Shown here piece after piece: positions 49,631 to 63,200 of a stretch of 64,000 bases of DNA. Within the stretch, counting starts at the first letter, position 1, and the number at the start of each line of letters is the position of its first letter. This stretch comes from Macrostomum hystrix (taxonomy: Eukaryota > Animalia > Platyhelminthes), in NCBI GenBank assembly GCA_950097015.1, contig CATNEN010000034.1:6882001-6946000 (forward strand), written 5' to 3'. The notes below the pieces were generated by a model. It saw only the letters and a program-made list of their open reading frames with translations. It was not told the DNA's origin and searched no databases. The translations under genes and the position numbers were made by a program.

Positions 49631-51619
49631 TGCAGAAAATTGTTTTTTCAGCCACATGCATTTATGGAGAAATTTAGTCACGGAAAAAAACATCCGGGAG
49701 ATGAAGAAGACTTTGGCGAGCAGAGCGAGCATAGAGTTGATTGCGACAGATGAGAACTGCTGAGAAAAGGACACCGAACATAGGCACGGAGAGAGGATGC
49801 AAATTTCGAGAAGTTTTTTCACTGTCCAAACGCAATTAGCAACCAAAGCTAGCCAGTAAAGGCCATGCGGGATGAGTGTGTCCGCAGATCTGATCCCAGC
49901 TATAGTCGCTAATTCTCTTAAGTCCTTCGGTCCTTCACCGCCAGCAGTTCCAGTGACTTACTCCCTTTTTTCTTAACTCAAAGTGGGGCCCGCACTCTCC
50001 GCTTAATTGATTTTTTGCAACTCGAACCGAATCGAGACAAGACGGAACTTCAGACTGTCATTTCTCTTCTCGAGAAAGAAAGTTGAGCAAGCAGTAAATG
50101 TGGAGAACTCACCGGGCATCAACAATTAGGTATTAGTAGTGTCTCAATTTTGTTATTTGCTCTATTAATGGGTTATTGAAGATAATTGAACATTTCTAGT
50201 GCATCAGGTAATCTAGCTCTGGTGCATTGGGACACGACAAGGTCACATGAACTGTTCAGTCAAGAAGTGAAGCACATACATCTTCGTGATTTTTGGCGTA
50301 CAAGTCTTCCATATGATCGGATTGTAGGTTGACATTCTTGACTTTGACAAATTGTTTTTCGACTGTCCTGGCACTGATGCCAATGGTGGCAATTCTCCCT
50401 TGATTGCGGCAAAGTTATTTCCTGCGATAAAGCAGTTAAACTGGCGGCACAATTGTGTAAACAATAATTCCCACACGGATGTCAAAGCACGCCTTTCCGA
50501 GTATAGGTCGGAAATCAGAGGGTGACAGTCTTGACAGATTTCTCAGACATGTCTACTCGTACTTATAGTACGTGCTGTATTGAGAACGTCTGGCTCAAGC
50601 AGCTTGTTTCCTACGCACATCAGGCGTAAGTTAAATGCGTACAGCAATTTTTTGTCTGTTAGTAATAGTCTGTTCTAAATGCATCCTGCGCATTGTTGAT
50701 TGCAGAAGGAATCAGATTCAGACTAATTCATGCAAGGCCGTAAATCAGTCACGCATGAACTTAAAATCAGTTGTCAGAATGGCTGAATGCTTGATTTATG
50801 AGGCTGCATGCATCAATTCATTGGCTAATGCTATATAGGACACATTTGTTCTCATTATACTCGCAGACTCTAATGCACTGTGATTGAGCTAAAAATGAGT
50901 TTGGAATTTGTATGAGAATCCATCAGCGCAAGTCGCATGTAAATTTATTGGTCATCTTCTATCGCTCAGATTTCTGCAAACTTTCCTTTATATATGTAGG
51001 TCTTTAGGGACAGGGAATCGATCTATAAGGCTGCCTATATCGTGTTTGTCTATTCTTGGACTGATGCAATCAACAGCGTGCCGGATCACAAGCTAGCTGT
51101 CTGACATAATCCAATTTTTAGAGAAGCCAGCCGCCCTTAGCGTGTTCCATCTATGCGCCGTTGAGATGGAATCGTTAGTGCAGACTAGCTTGCAGCGTGG
51201 CAAGCCAGCACCAGGACACAGTGCACGTCAGTGCTAAAGTTCTGAACCAATGTCCAACACTGCAATTTTATAGGCCTCGGCTTAATGCATTCTCTCTAGT
51301 CTAGTCAGATTTGAGATCAAAGACTCAACGCGCCAACACGGACTCAATTTCTTGAGGAAATTTCAAATGATGAAGCCAGATCAGTATTCTCAATTTGCTA
51401 CTCTAGTTCAGCCTCGCTTAGCTTAGTTAAGCATGCGCGAACACGGAAGGCCTAATTATAAGCGTCTTGCGCTGGACTCTTATTCCATTCGATAATGCGG
51501 TCCTTTAGAATCCGCTATTGAAAGCTCGAAAAATTCCAATTTCTGAACAAGTACATTGGCCTGGACAGTGAGTAGAGGTAGTCTGTCTAGCTAATTAAAA
51601 GTATACTATAAGGTCAAAT

Positions 51620-51973
51620 GGAGGGGCTGAGTGGCAGAGCGGTTGACGCGTTTGCCTCTCGCACCAAGGTCCCTGAGCTCGATTCCGTGGCGAGGCCACA
51701 TTCATTTGGGGTGCAGCCGCGGAGAGAAGGCCTGGGGGCTTGTCGTGCAATTTACAACCTCCAAGGCACAGTGAGAGTGTACACTGCCTGACGATGAGAA
51801 AGTCAGGGCAGATGTACACACCTGTGTGAGCGTGTGCCTGCGTACGGTATCTGTGTGCGTGTGTGCTCAGGAGTCAGCGCAATGGGCAGAATTGCCTCCT
51901 CGCTGGCTGCGGGTCTAGTGTCACCAAATGATGTGCCATTGCCCGCAGCCCTCCTGCAATTATTATTATTATT
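51620..51973 (+). mobile_element. SINE family B, ~350-bp copy
   Basis: tRNA-like head (TGGCAGAGCGG A-box, CTCGATTCC B-box-like), GTGTACAC core, CCTGCA plus (ATT)n tail. Confidence 0.8.
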
Positions 51974-52148
51974 AAGGTTATTATTAAAATTAAATTAATG
52001 TATGCTCTATACTGAATAAAAAGGAAGCAATAAAAATAGAACACATAGCTCCACGCTGACAAAGCATCCTGTCCACGGTCCCTGCGGGGTCCACAGATTG
52101 TCGAGAGTTTGTTAGCCACTTTAGTTGCCTTAATTATTACCTGGTTAT

Positions 52149-52420
52149 GGGTCGTAGCCTAGTGGTTAGAGCATTGGACTCACGACTTGAAAGTCTGGGT
52201 GCTATTCTGGAATCCACAGGAACAAGTTGTATAATTTAGCAACTCACTTAACTTTGCATTTGTTTCGATTCACCCAGCTGTTAAATAGCAGCAGATAGCA
52301 GCATTAGCTGGGGTAATTGAGGTTGGCGTCCCCCCAGTCCATGGACTGAGCAGCCGTATGCAGCCTTCAGATTCAGTTCTTCAGGCTGGGCTGTGGGGCA
52401 GGTGCTATCTGCAATTATTA
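52149..52420 (+). mobile_element. SINE family A, full-length copy
   Basis: A-box TAGCCTAGTGG (52155-52165), degenerate B-box, TTCACCCAGCTGTTAAAT, CAGTCCATGGACTG core, CTGCAATTATTATT tail. Confidence 0.78.
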
Positions 52421-54284
52421 TTAATTTTATTAATATTATACGTACCCATTTAAACTACAATTTTAAGTCAACCTGCTTTTTAGTTTGCCCAGTAGTTTTC
52501 CTCGATGAACAGCATTTTTGTTTGCATGGTTTTTTCTGTATCACTTGTATAACAATCCACTATAATCCACACATAATACACTCGTATGTACTTATCTTAG
52601 AATTAAGCAAATATTCGAATGTCAAGAGTTTGCTTCAGATTAATGTTGCCTAAACCGCACTCATTTAGCTTCAATCCCCAGAACACTGCTGCCATGGTTC
52701 GCACTTTTTCAATCGGTCGTTCAGTATGTATTATAAAGTTAGCGATGCCCTGTCCCGAATTTCACATCTGGAGGCGGCCCTAAGGGTGTAGGAACGAGCT
52801 AGGATACACTTTGTATCGAACATCAGTGCGAGCATTATGACAGCTAGTGCGGGGCTGCAATTTGAATTCCCGTTTATGGAAATTTTGCAACGAGCTACAC
52901 GCGTGGCGGCGTCTTATTCAATTGCGGCGCATCACGGTTGGTCATCTTGCAGTGCAAATTTATAATTTGGTGCTGGGGTGTCAAGGGATGAGTTGGTTAT
53001 TAATTATTGCATCTGCTCTAGCCGGAAAGCTCATAAATTACGTATTGTAACGTAGTGTATTAATAATAATATTCATAGAGCTATTTAGATTGAGGGCTGT
53101 GAAAAAAGCAAGATCGTGCTCCTTATCCTGCAGCTCCTGCCAGGCTACTTAATGATGCAACACTGATCACAGTAGCACCAGTTCTGCCAGACGGCTCTCT
53201 CGCAAGTCCGACTTCTCGCGTCAAAGCACGCGTCCACTTTTCTTAAAGTGGAGCAAATCCTTTAATTTTCGGAGATCCCATGGTAGAAACAGTTCCCACG
53301 CAGGCAATTACACATGTAACACGCCCCTATACACATAGGAAGCATCTGCATGCAGTAGGAGATTAGAATTTATGCCTCTTCAGAAAGAGCTGCATGCAGC
53401 TTATAAAAAGTTGCAAGAAGCGTCAACATGATTGATCTCTTCACGAAAGTTTTTATTGATAAGGCAAAATTAATTTTCAACGACTTCTAAAGTAGCCTAC
53501 GCACAAAGCTAGCTACTAGTGTATCTAATATCTAATACACAAATAGTGTATTGTATCTAATATCTCTCTAACAGCTAGGGTGAGACCGTGTGTGATCGAT
53601 CGTTAATTCCAGTTGAGAAAATGCCCGTTTTTGCACCCGATCATTGCATATAAAAGAACTGATGCAAGCCAATATAATTTTCTATCGGCAAATCATAAAG
53701 CAGGATGTAATTTTTTTTGCTTAGTTTACTCTAGCTGATAAAGAACGTAGAGCTTTGCAAAATGCGAAGCGACTCGGTGATGCTGCTTCGGAAGGAAAGG
53801 TTAGTAAATTGTCGATTTGCTATGAGTTGATTTGATTTATAATTATTTCAACACAGTTAGTACTATTTCCAATAATATTTTAGTAGACTGTCACTGTAAA
53901 ATAGTTTCTATTATAAAATTTTCTTCTCGCTAGGCAATTTATAATCGATACAACGTTAATCACCATGCAGCAAAGCATAACTGTATCTGCTTCAGATATA
54001 CGATATCAGTCTTAGCTTAAATTGTTTTGTACTTCAATAGTTTCATCGACAAGGCACAAATAATTTTAGCTTGGCTTGTTAAAATCGAAAGCGGCAAGTG
54101 TTTTAAACAGTCCAGCCCGCTCTTTATCCAAGAAACCCGTTCAATTTTTTGCAGACATTGATTTTTTAAAAGTTATCGTTACTCTTCTTTATTTGTTCGT
54201 CTAGGTTATACTATACGATATTATAAAAATCTGTTGCTAAACTAATCGGTTAACTCCCGCAGAAAGTCTTTTTTCTGTGTTGCA

Positions 54285-57200
54285 ATGTCTTTTCCTTGTA
54301 TATCTTGTGGGGTGATTCTTGCTAGTTCAGCTGAGCAACGGGATCATTACAAAAGTGAATGGCACAGGTATAATCTGAAGCGAAAAGTTGTAAATCTGCC
54401 ACCAGTAACAATTGATGAGTTTAATTTAAAGAATGAGCTTTTTACCAAGGTAGATCGACAGAATACAGGAAGTGGAGGAGAAGAGAAGTCTAAAAAGGAT
54501 CTTGTAAGTTGAACTGAGATTTGCTTTTGAATTTAAATTTAAGATCAATCAGAATGTTATGTAATGTGCTTGCTATATGCATAAGCAATAGATGCTTGAA
54601 AAGATACACTAGATTTAGGCTATTATAGACTTTTCTTGCTTTAAAATTATCTTTACATTTGTTATTGAATTGATAAAATATAGTTCACAATCCACATTGA
54701 GGATGATTGTTGGTGTATGCCCATAGTCTGGATGATGCTGAGTGTACACCAAAAAAAGTTTTTAATGCTTAAATGCATGCAAGTATAATTTTTGGTTACT
54801 ACAACAGTAGTATTGCATGTCAAAAAAACAATTTATCACCTTTTTGTTTATATAAATAATGTTCATTTTAATGCTCATGCACAAGAAAGTTTGTTAATAG
54901 GTATTTATTTGACAATTTACTAAATTTTTAAATTAATTAATGCTTACTCAATGCTTAGAAAAGAAAGTTTGTTTTAAGTTTATGAACTAGGGGCCTAATA
55001 CAAATATTGAATTTTTATGTTTTTTTATGTTTTATGTTTTATGTTTTTATACTTTCATACATTTTATACTTGTCTTTTGTATTATAATAATGTTATTAAT
55101 CATACATGCATTATACTATTATGCCTCAATGAGGCAGTGCACACTGATAAACATACCAATGTTTTGGTCTGCAGCAATTGCATGCCAACCTTGTAGGGTA
55201 ATGTATTGTAGCAGCAAATTCACTTCTTTCTTTTAACTCTTAATATTTAAAGATTCAAATGGTACTTTTATTTCCCCCCTTACCGCTAATTTTTCTATGA
55301 CCCTTGTTATCGATAGGTACAGTTGCCCGGTTAAGACTTAAATGTAACCCCACGACAAAACTAAATAAACAAGCTCAAGCTTTTGCCGACTCTTAAATTT
55401 AACAGCAACATTTGTAGCAAGTCAGCTACAAAATTGGTAGCAGAGCGTTTCATCATGCCAAAAACCAGGAGACACAAACCAGGCACAGCAGAAGCCCAGC
55501 GTCAACAGCGGCAACCCGATGAAACGCCTCAAATTCCCGAGCGACAAATCACACAGCACGCAGTCAAACCGCCCGCGTTCTATCGCAAGTCCCCAGAAAT
55601 ATGGTTCCGTCAGTTAGAATCCCAGTTCACGTTAGCCGGCATCGTCAATCTGACAACCAAGTTCCACCACACACTGGCCGCTCTACCCGAAGACGTGGCT
55701 TGCTCAATCGATCTGGATACGGGAGACTATGCCTCACTTAAGTCGTCGGTGCTCGAATCATTACGCGTAAACCGGCACCAGCGCATCGAAGAGGCACTGG
55801 CTGCAGTTGAACTCGGCGACCGCCGTCCATCGCAACTGGTTAACGACATCAAGCGCAAGTTCGGCGAAGTCGGTCTGCAAGTCGATGATAGCATCGTCAA
55901 GTCTCGGCTCCTGTCGGCACTCCCGACCCACATCCGTTCCGCATTAGTCGGACACGAAGACGCGCCGCTGGATGCTTTCTCTAAAATCGCCGACAGCATG
56001 CTGGCCGTGTCAGCCAGCACAACGCCGTTCGCCCCAATCAACCGGGCCATCGCACCCGGCCAGTTGTCCGCAGGAAACAAGAAAAGTCCATTTCGAGGAG
56101 CTAGACGCGATGATTTTCAAGCCAACCGAAATTCTCTCCGCCGCCCTAAAATCTGCAACGGTCACCTGTACTACGCCGCGGAAGCTCGCACCTGCCGACC
56201 GTGGTGTCAGTGGCCTGGACCGAAGCCGACGATAACACTCGCCAGCCGCCAACCTACTCCGACTCAATCCCGCTCAAGCAGCCCAACGCCGACAGCGGCG
56301 TCAAACTAGTGGGTCACGTGCCTCGGCCGAGCCGCGACCCCTCCCAGGCCAACACGTTATTACTGTTGTGTCAAATTCTCCGTTCACCCGTTTCCTTTAT
56401 AGTTGACACCGGTGCTGAGCGATCGCTGCTCCCACTAAAATTCGCTCCTCAAAATCTGTTGACAACCACACATGTGAAACTGTGTAGCATCGATGGTCGA
56501 GAAATCCCAACCTTCGGCCAATGCTGCGTCACTCTTACAATTCCTGGTCTCCGTAGACCCTACCCTGCATCATTTATCGTTACCGACACTGCGCCAATTC
56601 TCGGAGCCGACTTCTTCCTCAAGTTTGGGTTCCTCATCGATCTGAACACACGACGCATACAAGACCCAGCGACATCTCTTTACGCCAACCTCAGTCCATC
56701 GAGTGCGCAACTTCCCAAAATCAACGCCACAACTTAACTGGAACCGACCACACCACTCAAAAATTTCCCGCGAGTACTGGAGGCGCCGGACTACACCGCG
56801 CCACCCGCCACATCTGTGCGACACCGCATCGAGACGACAGGTGAACCTGTATTCTGTCGACCTCGCCCATTATCCCCAGCGAAGTACGAAATCGCAAAGT
56901 TGGAATTCGACAAGCTCCTCCGCTTCGGTATCGTTCGCCCCTCGGCCAGTCCCTGGGCCTCCCCACTTCACATGGTGAAGAAGAGGGACGGCTCCTGGCG
57001 ACCATGTGGAGATTATCGAGCACTGAACGCGGCAACCAAACCAGACCGTTACCCTATTCCGAACATCAATCATTTTCACCATCGTCTACATGGAGCGAAA
57101 GTGTTCAGCACCCTTGACCTGGTTAAGGCCTACCACTTCATCCCGATTGCAGACGAAGATGTTGAGAAAACAGCGATTTGCACGCCATTTGGTTCTTTCG

Positions 57201-60200
57201 AATACATTCGCATGCCATTCGGCCTGAGAAACGCCGCCAGCACATTCCAGCGATACGTAGATTCCGTCTTTAGCGACCTCCCGTTCGTAACATCTTACAT
57301 CGACGACATCTTGGTACACAGCCAGTCACGCGAAGAACATCAGGCGCACATCGAAGAGGTGCTGCGACGTCTAAGCGACAAAGGTTTGGGCGTCAACTCT
57401 GAAAAGTGCCATTTCTTTCGCGATTCAGTGGAGTTTCTTGGTTACTTTGTCACTGCTGACGGCATCCGACCGCTTCCGAACCGAGTCGAAGCACTGCGGA
57501 AACTCGAGGCTCCCACTGACATGCAATCACTACGGCGCTACCTTGGCATGTTCGGTTTTTATCAGCGGTGCATTCCTAATTATGCTGAGATCGCCACCCC
57601 GCTACGACAACTCGTCACGGCGCCATTCAATTGGACGAAGCGACACGACGATGCTTGGAAAGAACTCCAGGACAGTCTGGCGAACGCAGTCACCCTGACT
57701 TTTCCTCAAGCCAATGCCACATTCACAATCACAACCGACGCCAGCGCCACTGCCATCGGCGCAGCATTGCATCAGGTGGTAGCCGAGCAATCTTCCCCAT
57801 TGGCATTCTACTCTCGCAAGCTCTCTGACACGGAAGCAGCTTACAGCACTTTTGATCGGGAACTGCTGGCTATTTTTGCTGCGGTCAAGACATGGAAATA
57901 CATGATCCAAGGCCAACAAACCACCGTGTTCTGCGACCACAAGCCCATCAGCGGAGCGTTTAGAAATAAGAAAGAACGGTTTTCCGATCGACAACAACGC
58001 CAGCTATCCGTCATCACGGAGTTTGTGAGCGACATCATCCACATTTCCGGCAAGGACAACATCGTAGCCGACACGCTATCAAGACCGGTTTACCCATCCC
58101 AGAACCCGCCACCAACCACAATTCGACTGCTGTCTGACCTTCCTCAATGTGTGGACCTGCCAGCCGTTGCACGAGCACAGAAGGAAAACCCGGAGGATGA
58201 ACCCCAGACAGGCCGTTTCAGCAACTTTGACATTGGAATCAAGGACTGCCCACTGCGATGCGAAATCTCGCAGACAAACCCACGTCCCGTCATCCCTAGG
58301 ACTCTCCGACGCGCTGTTTTTGACTCACTGCATGCATTCGCACATCCTGGCTGCAAAGCCACGCAACGACTCATCGTCTATCGTTTTTTCTGGCTAGGTA
58401 TGGCTAACGACATCCAAAGGTGGGTAGCCGAATGTCAACAGTGCCAGCAGTGCAAGACAGGTCGTCACGTCCAACGCCCGTTGCAACAGCTTCCAGCACC
58501 CTCTCAACGCTTCACGACGGTCCATCACAGTCCATATCGATTTAGTCGGACCACTGCCACCTCCAGAGTCGACCGACGTTAGTCCCAGACCTCGCTACTT
58601 GCTCACAATGGTCGATGCATATTCACGTTGGATTGAAGCTGCCCCTCTCATTGACATCACCGCCACTTCAGTCGCGTGCGCCTTCCTAGAATCCTGGATT
58701 TCTCGGTTTGGCCCACCATTGACGCTGGTGACCGATCAAGGCGCGCAGTTCCGCGCGGAGCTCATGCGAAACCTGGCGACACTGCTCGGAATCCATCACA
58801 TCCGCACTTCAGCCTACAATCCGAGGGCAAATGGCATCGTCGAGCGAACCCACCGAACATTAAAGTCCGGGCTGAAAGCACGTGGCAAGAACTGGCTGCA
58901 GCAGCTACCCATCGTGCTTCTCGGAATGCGCATTTTTGCAGACGAGACAGGTGCATCGCCATTCTCCATCGTTACCGGTGAACAACCATTAGTCCCACCT
59001 GTAGTTGCCGACACCTCTGTCAAGGAACTTTCCACAAGACTGCACCAACTTTTTTTTCCGTATCGCCAACCACGAACGCGCGAGGTAAGAATTCACCTGC
59101 CAGCAGACTTGGCTGCATGCACCCACGTCTGGTTGCGACTAGATCGAGTTCGACGTCCCCTAGAAGCACCCTACCAGGGACCCTATGCAGTGTTGGAGAG
59201 ACACGAAACGACATTTACATTGGAAATCAACGGCAAGCCTTCTGTGGTGTCTATCGATCGAGTGAAACCAGCTACACTCCCAGCACCGGTACCAATTAGC
59301 AAAGCACCAGCAACTACTGTAACACCGGAAAACCCACCGGCAGCAAACATACGTGCTAAAACCGCTTCCCACGTTCGTTTTTCCACAGAACCATCTGTTA
59401 AACTGTTTTACGCAACTGAACCATTATTAACCTAACTGAAAAGCATCGTTTTCTAACTGTTTCATAACGACAATCAAAACCTTTGCATAAACTCCGTTTT
59501 GGGTGGGGGGAGTATCTTGTAGCAGCAAATTCACTTCTTTCTTTTAACTCTTAATATTTAAAGATTCAAATGGTACTTTTATTTCCCCCCTTACCGCTAA
59601 TTTGTCTATGACCCTTGTTATCGATAGGTACAGTTGCCCGGTTAAGACTTAAATGTAACCCCACGACAAAACTAAATAAACAAGCTCAAGCTTTTGCCGA
59701 CTCTTAAATTTAACAGCAACATTTGTAGCAAGTCAGCTACAGTATCATCAACCGAACAGTGTATCTTCAAAACCGAACAAGAATTTTGACTTCTTCCTTG
59801 GTCTCATGCAAGACAGAAACAAGCTATGCCTATTGTGTTTCACAGAACAACTAATTTGAAAGTTGAAGAAATTATCTACAAGCTGAGGCATGATGTGCAA
59901 TGAAGCATTAAGAGGAAAGAAAGATATTGATGTTTCAGTAAAAATTGTTATTGCAAAAGCATACTTTTTAATAACATTTTTTCAGTATGTACTTTAGATG
60001 AAGATTGTATGTGGTTGCTTACCAATTAAATGACCATAAATGTAGTTATTTATAGAGCATGAAAAAATACTTTCAAATTACATAATTCATGATAGTTCAC
60101 TCCTTAAAATAAGATTAAACCACTCACTCAAATTGTAAAACCAAACATCAAATTCTCTGTTTGGTTTGAAGATACATGAAAATCATTGTTCGGTTTTAGA

Positions 60201-63200
60201 TAAAAAGCAGGAATAACTTTTTTCTATTTGATAAAATAGCAAAAGCAGATACTTTTTAGAAAGATGTTTTCTATAACTTGGCTTTTGATTTATCATCATA
60301 TCTTAAATAGAAAATCTGTAGCTTAGGTTTGAAGTTAAAAAAATACACATTCTTGTTTGGTTGATGATACATTACCCTACACCAAATTTGTACAGAAAAT
60401 TCTGACATACACCCACCATCTGCAAGTGAAATACAGTTCACTAATAAAAAAAACAGTTTTGTCCCACTGTCCCACAACAATAGATACTATAAAGACTTTG
60501 TAAATAAAAGTTTAATTGTAAGCTTATATTTGTATTGCTATTGCTATAGCAAACAAGTTGCATGTGTATGGTTTACAAGGAATAGCTTATACAATAGCAG
60601 GAAAATTGATATATTAAAACCTTCAAAACCATAGAAAGAAAATTCAATTCATTAAATCTTGTTTACAGATCTTGGCATGGTAAACCTAATAGCAAGACTG
60701 ATGCCACAGTTATTGATAGTAGAAATAAAAAGGTGCTCAGAGAATGATCTATTACTGGAATAATTTTCAACTGGTTTGAGATTCCCTAGGAATGAATGGT
60801 TCAGATTGACTTGTGATAGAAAATTTACAATAGTATATTACATAATGGATTTTTGCTGACACCATTATATTTTATATCTAGATACTTTGAAAGGAAAACA
60901 TTGTTGATCTGGCATTAATAAGGTTGATATATCTTTGCATTCAAAAGATGGGCAAGAGATTATGTGTAGCTACTTTGGTTTTATAAACAATTATCTTGCA
61001 TTATGTTTGATCTTTTGTTTCTGATATTACTCTGAGTAGTAAGTAACAGTAAAACAAGAGAAATATAGTTGGATGCAAAAGTTTATATTAAAATAAAAAC
61101 CATTTTCAAGTTTATCCAAAAATAAAAACAAACAGGTGCTCAGTTTGTGCCCCGTTAAATTCGACACAGAAATAGGAAATCACAATAGATCACGCTGGAA
61201 TGCAACTTTTTGAGCATATGTTTCTTTTTGTGTTTTATTGCACCTGTCTGCTTTTAACTTTAGTCATATTTTATTTTGATTTGATTTATGAACAAATTAC
61301 CAGTGCCGAATGCGATCATGTGCATGCCAAAGTGCATAAGTTTCGAAGGGCTGTGATTTTTTTATTACTGATGTCGCATAGAAGCACTTAACTGACGCAA
61401 TTGCTAATTTCACATTAGCCGCACTGTTCGGCCTGCAGCAAGAAATTCTCCAGCATCAAAGCTTTCGAGAATCACCTGGCCTCGAGGAAGCACAAACAGC
61501 GCCAGGAGGCGGCGGCCAGCGGTGAGCCCAATAAGCGCCGGAGAACAGATTCGTCAGATTGGGTTAGCGTTGACTCCGGCTCGGATGCTGGCAGCGGCGA
61601 TGAAGCCAATGAGCCGACTCCGCTTGGCCAGGAGGAGTGCCTGTTCTGCACTAATGTAGCCGCCAGCTTAGAGGCTAACTGTGCCCACATGCTGCGCGAG
61701 CACGGCTTTGCCCTGCCGGATCCGGACCTGCTTACTGACCTTGAGGGCCTCATCACGCTGCTGGATTATAAGATTGGCGTCGGTCACGAATGCCTTTGGT
61801 GCCACGGCGCCAGGAGGTTCGACAGTCTGCGGGCGGTGCGCAACCACATGCTGGACAAGGGCCACTGTCGGTATAATCTAGCTGGCGAGCACGCCTTTGA
61901 TCTTGCCGACTTCTACGACTATAGCAGCTTTGGGGTAAGGCGAAAATTTACTGTTGCTTAATCTACTTGATTTTTCACGTTTCAGTTTGAATTCGTTCTA
62001 ATAAAAAACATATTAGTTAAAAAACGACACATTGTTGGTCCAAACTAGATTGTTGCCATTTCCGAACTCTTGTTTCCATTTCTAAACTTTTGTTACAATT
62101 TATAATCTCTTGTTGCCATTTCTAAACTCTTGTTGCCATTGCCAAACTCTTGTTGTCATTTCTGAACTCTTGTTGCCATTTCTAAACTCTTGTTGTCATT
62201 TCTGAACTCTTGTTGCCATTTCTAAACTCTTGTTGTCATTTCTAAACTCTTGTTGTCATTTCTAAACTCTTGTTGTCATTTCTGAACTCTTGTTGCCATT
62301 TCTAAACTCTTGTTGCCATTGCCAAACTCTTGTTGCCATTTCTAAACTCTTGTTGTCATTTTAAACTCTTGTTGCCATTTCTGAACTCTTGTTGCCATTT
62401 CTGAACTCTTGTTGTCATTTCTGAACTCTTGTTGCCATTTCTAAACTCTTGTTGTCATTTCTGAACTCTTGTTGCCATTTCTAAACTCTTGTTGTCATTT
62501 CTGAACTCTTGTTGGCATTTCTAAACTCTTGTTGTCATTTCTAAACTCTTGTTGTCATTTCTGAACTCTTGTTGCCATTTCTAAACTCTTGTTGCCATTG
62601 CCAAACTCTTGTTGTCATTTCTGAACTCTTGTTGCCATTTCTAAACTCTTGTTGTCATTTCTGAACTCTTGTTGGCATTTCTAAACTCTTGTTGTCATTT
62701 CTGAACTCTTGTTGCCATTTCTAAACTCTTGTTGTCATTTCTGAACTCTTTTTGGCATTTCTAAACTCTTGTTGCCATTTCTGAACTATTGTTGCCATTT
62801 ATAAACTCTTGTTGCCATTTCTAAACTCTTATTGTAATTGCCGAAGCTAAATTGTCATTAAGAATGTGTTGAATTCAGAAAAGTATACAATTTACTGTAT
62901 TCACTTATCTATTTCCATTTCGATATTAAAAGCAAAGCCTTCGCGTCTCGGCCTCCTTCCAGATTGGCGCGGACGGTGCTGAAGCCGCTGTCGGCGATGA
63001 CGACGACCAGGAGGAGGCGCCAACCGATCTGGAGACCTTCGAGCTGGTGCTACCTTCAGGAGCGGTTGTCGGCCATCGCAGCCTCATGCGCTACTACAGA
63101 CAGTCGCCGGCGCCAACTCGCGCCGTAGCTCTGGCCGGCGGCGGCAGCCAGCGGTTGCTAGCTCAGTACAGGTCCATCGGCTGGCACGGCCCGACCAGAA

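Larger units (their letters stand above)
55207..59741 (+). mobile_element. Ty3/Gypsy LTR retrotransposon (CsRn1-like), full length, 4535 bp, in ZNF622 intron 1
   Basis: TG...CA LTRs at 55207-55430 and 59518-59741; TSD GTAT at 55203-55206 and 59742-59745; PBS and PPT present; domain order gag-PR-RT-RH-INT. Confidence 0.97.

Noticed and set aside
51620-51700. tRNA-like sequences (also 17949, 52149, 13290) as tRNA genes
   Set aside because: Cloverleafs are incomplete and continue into shared bodies and simple-repeat tails, so they are SINE heads.
52765-52785. GGAGGCGGCCCT, resembling a MITE right terminus
   Set aside because: No matching left terminus was found nearby.
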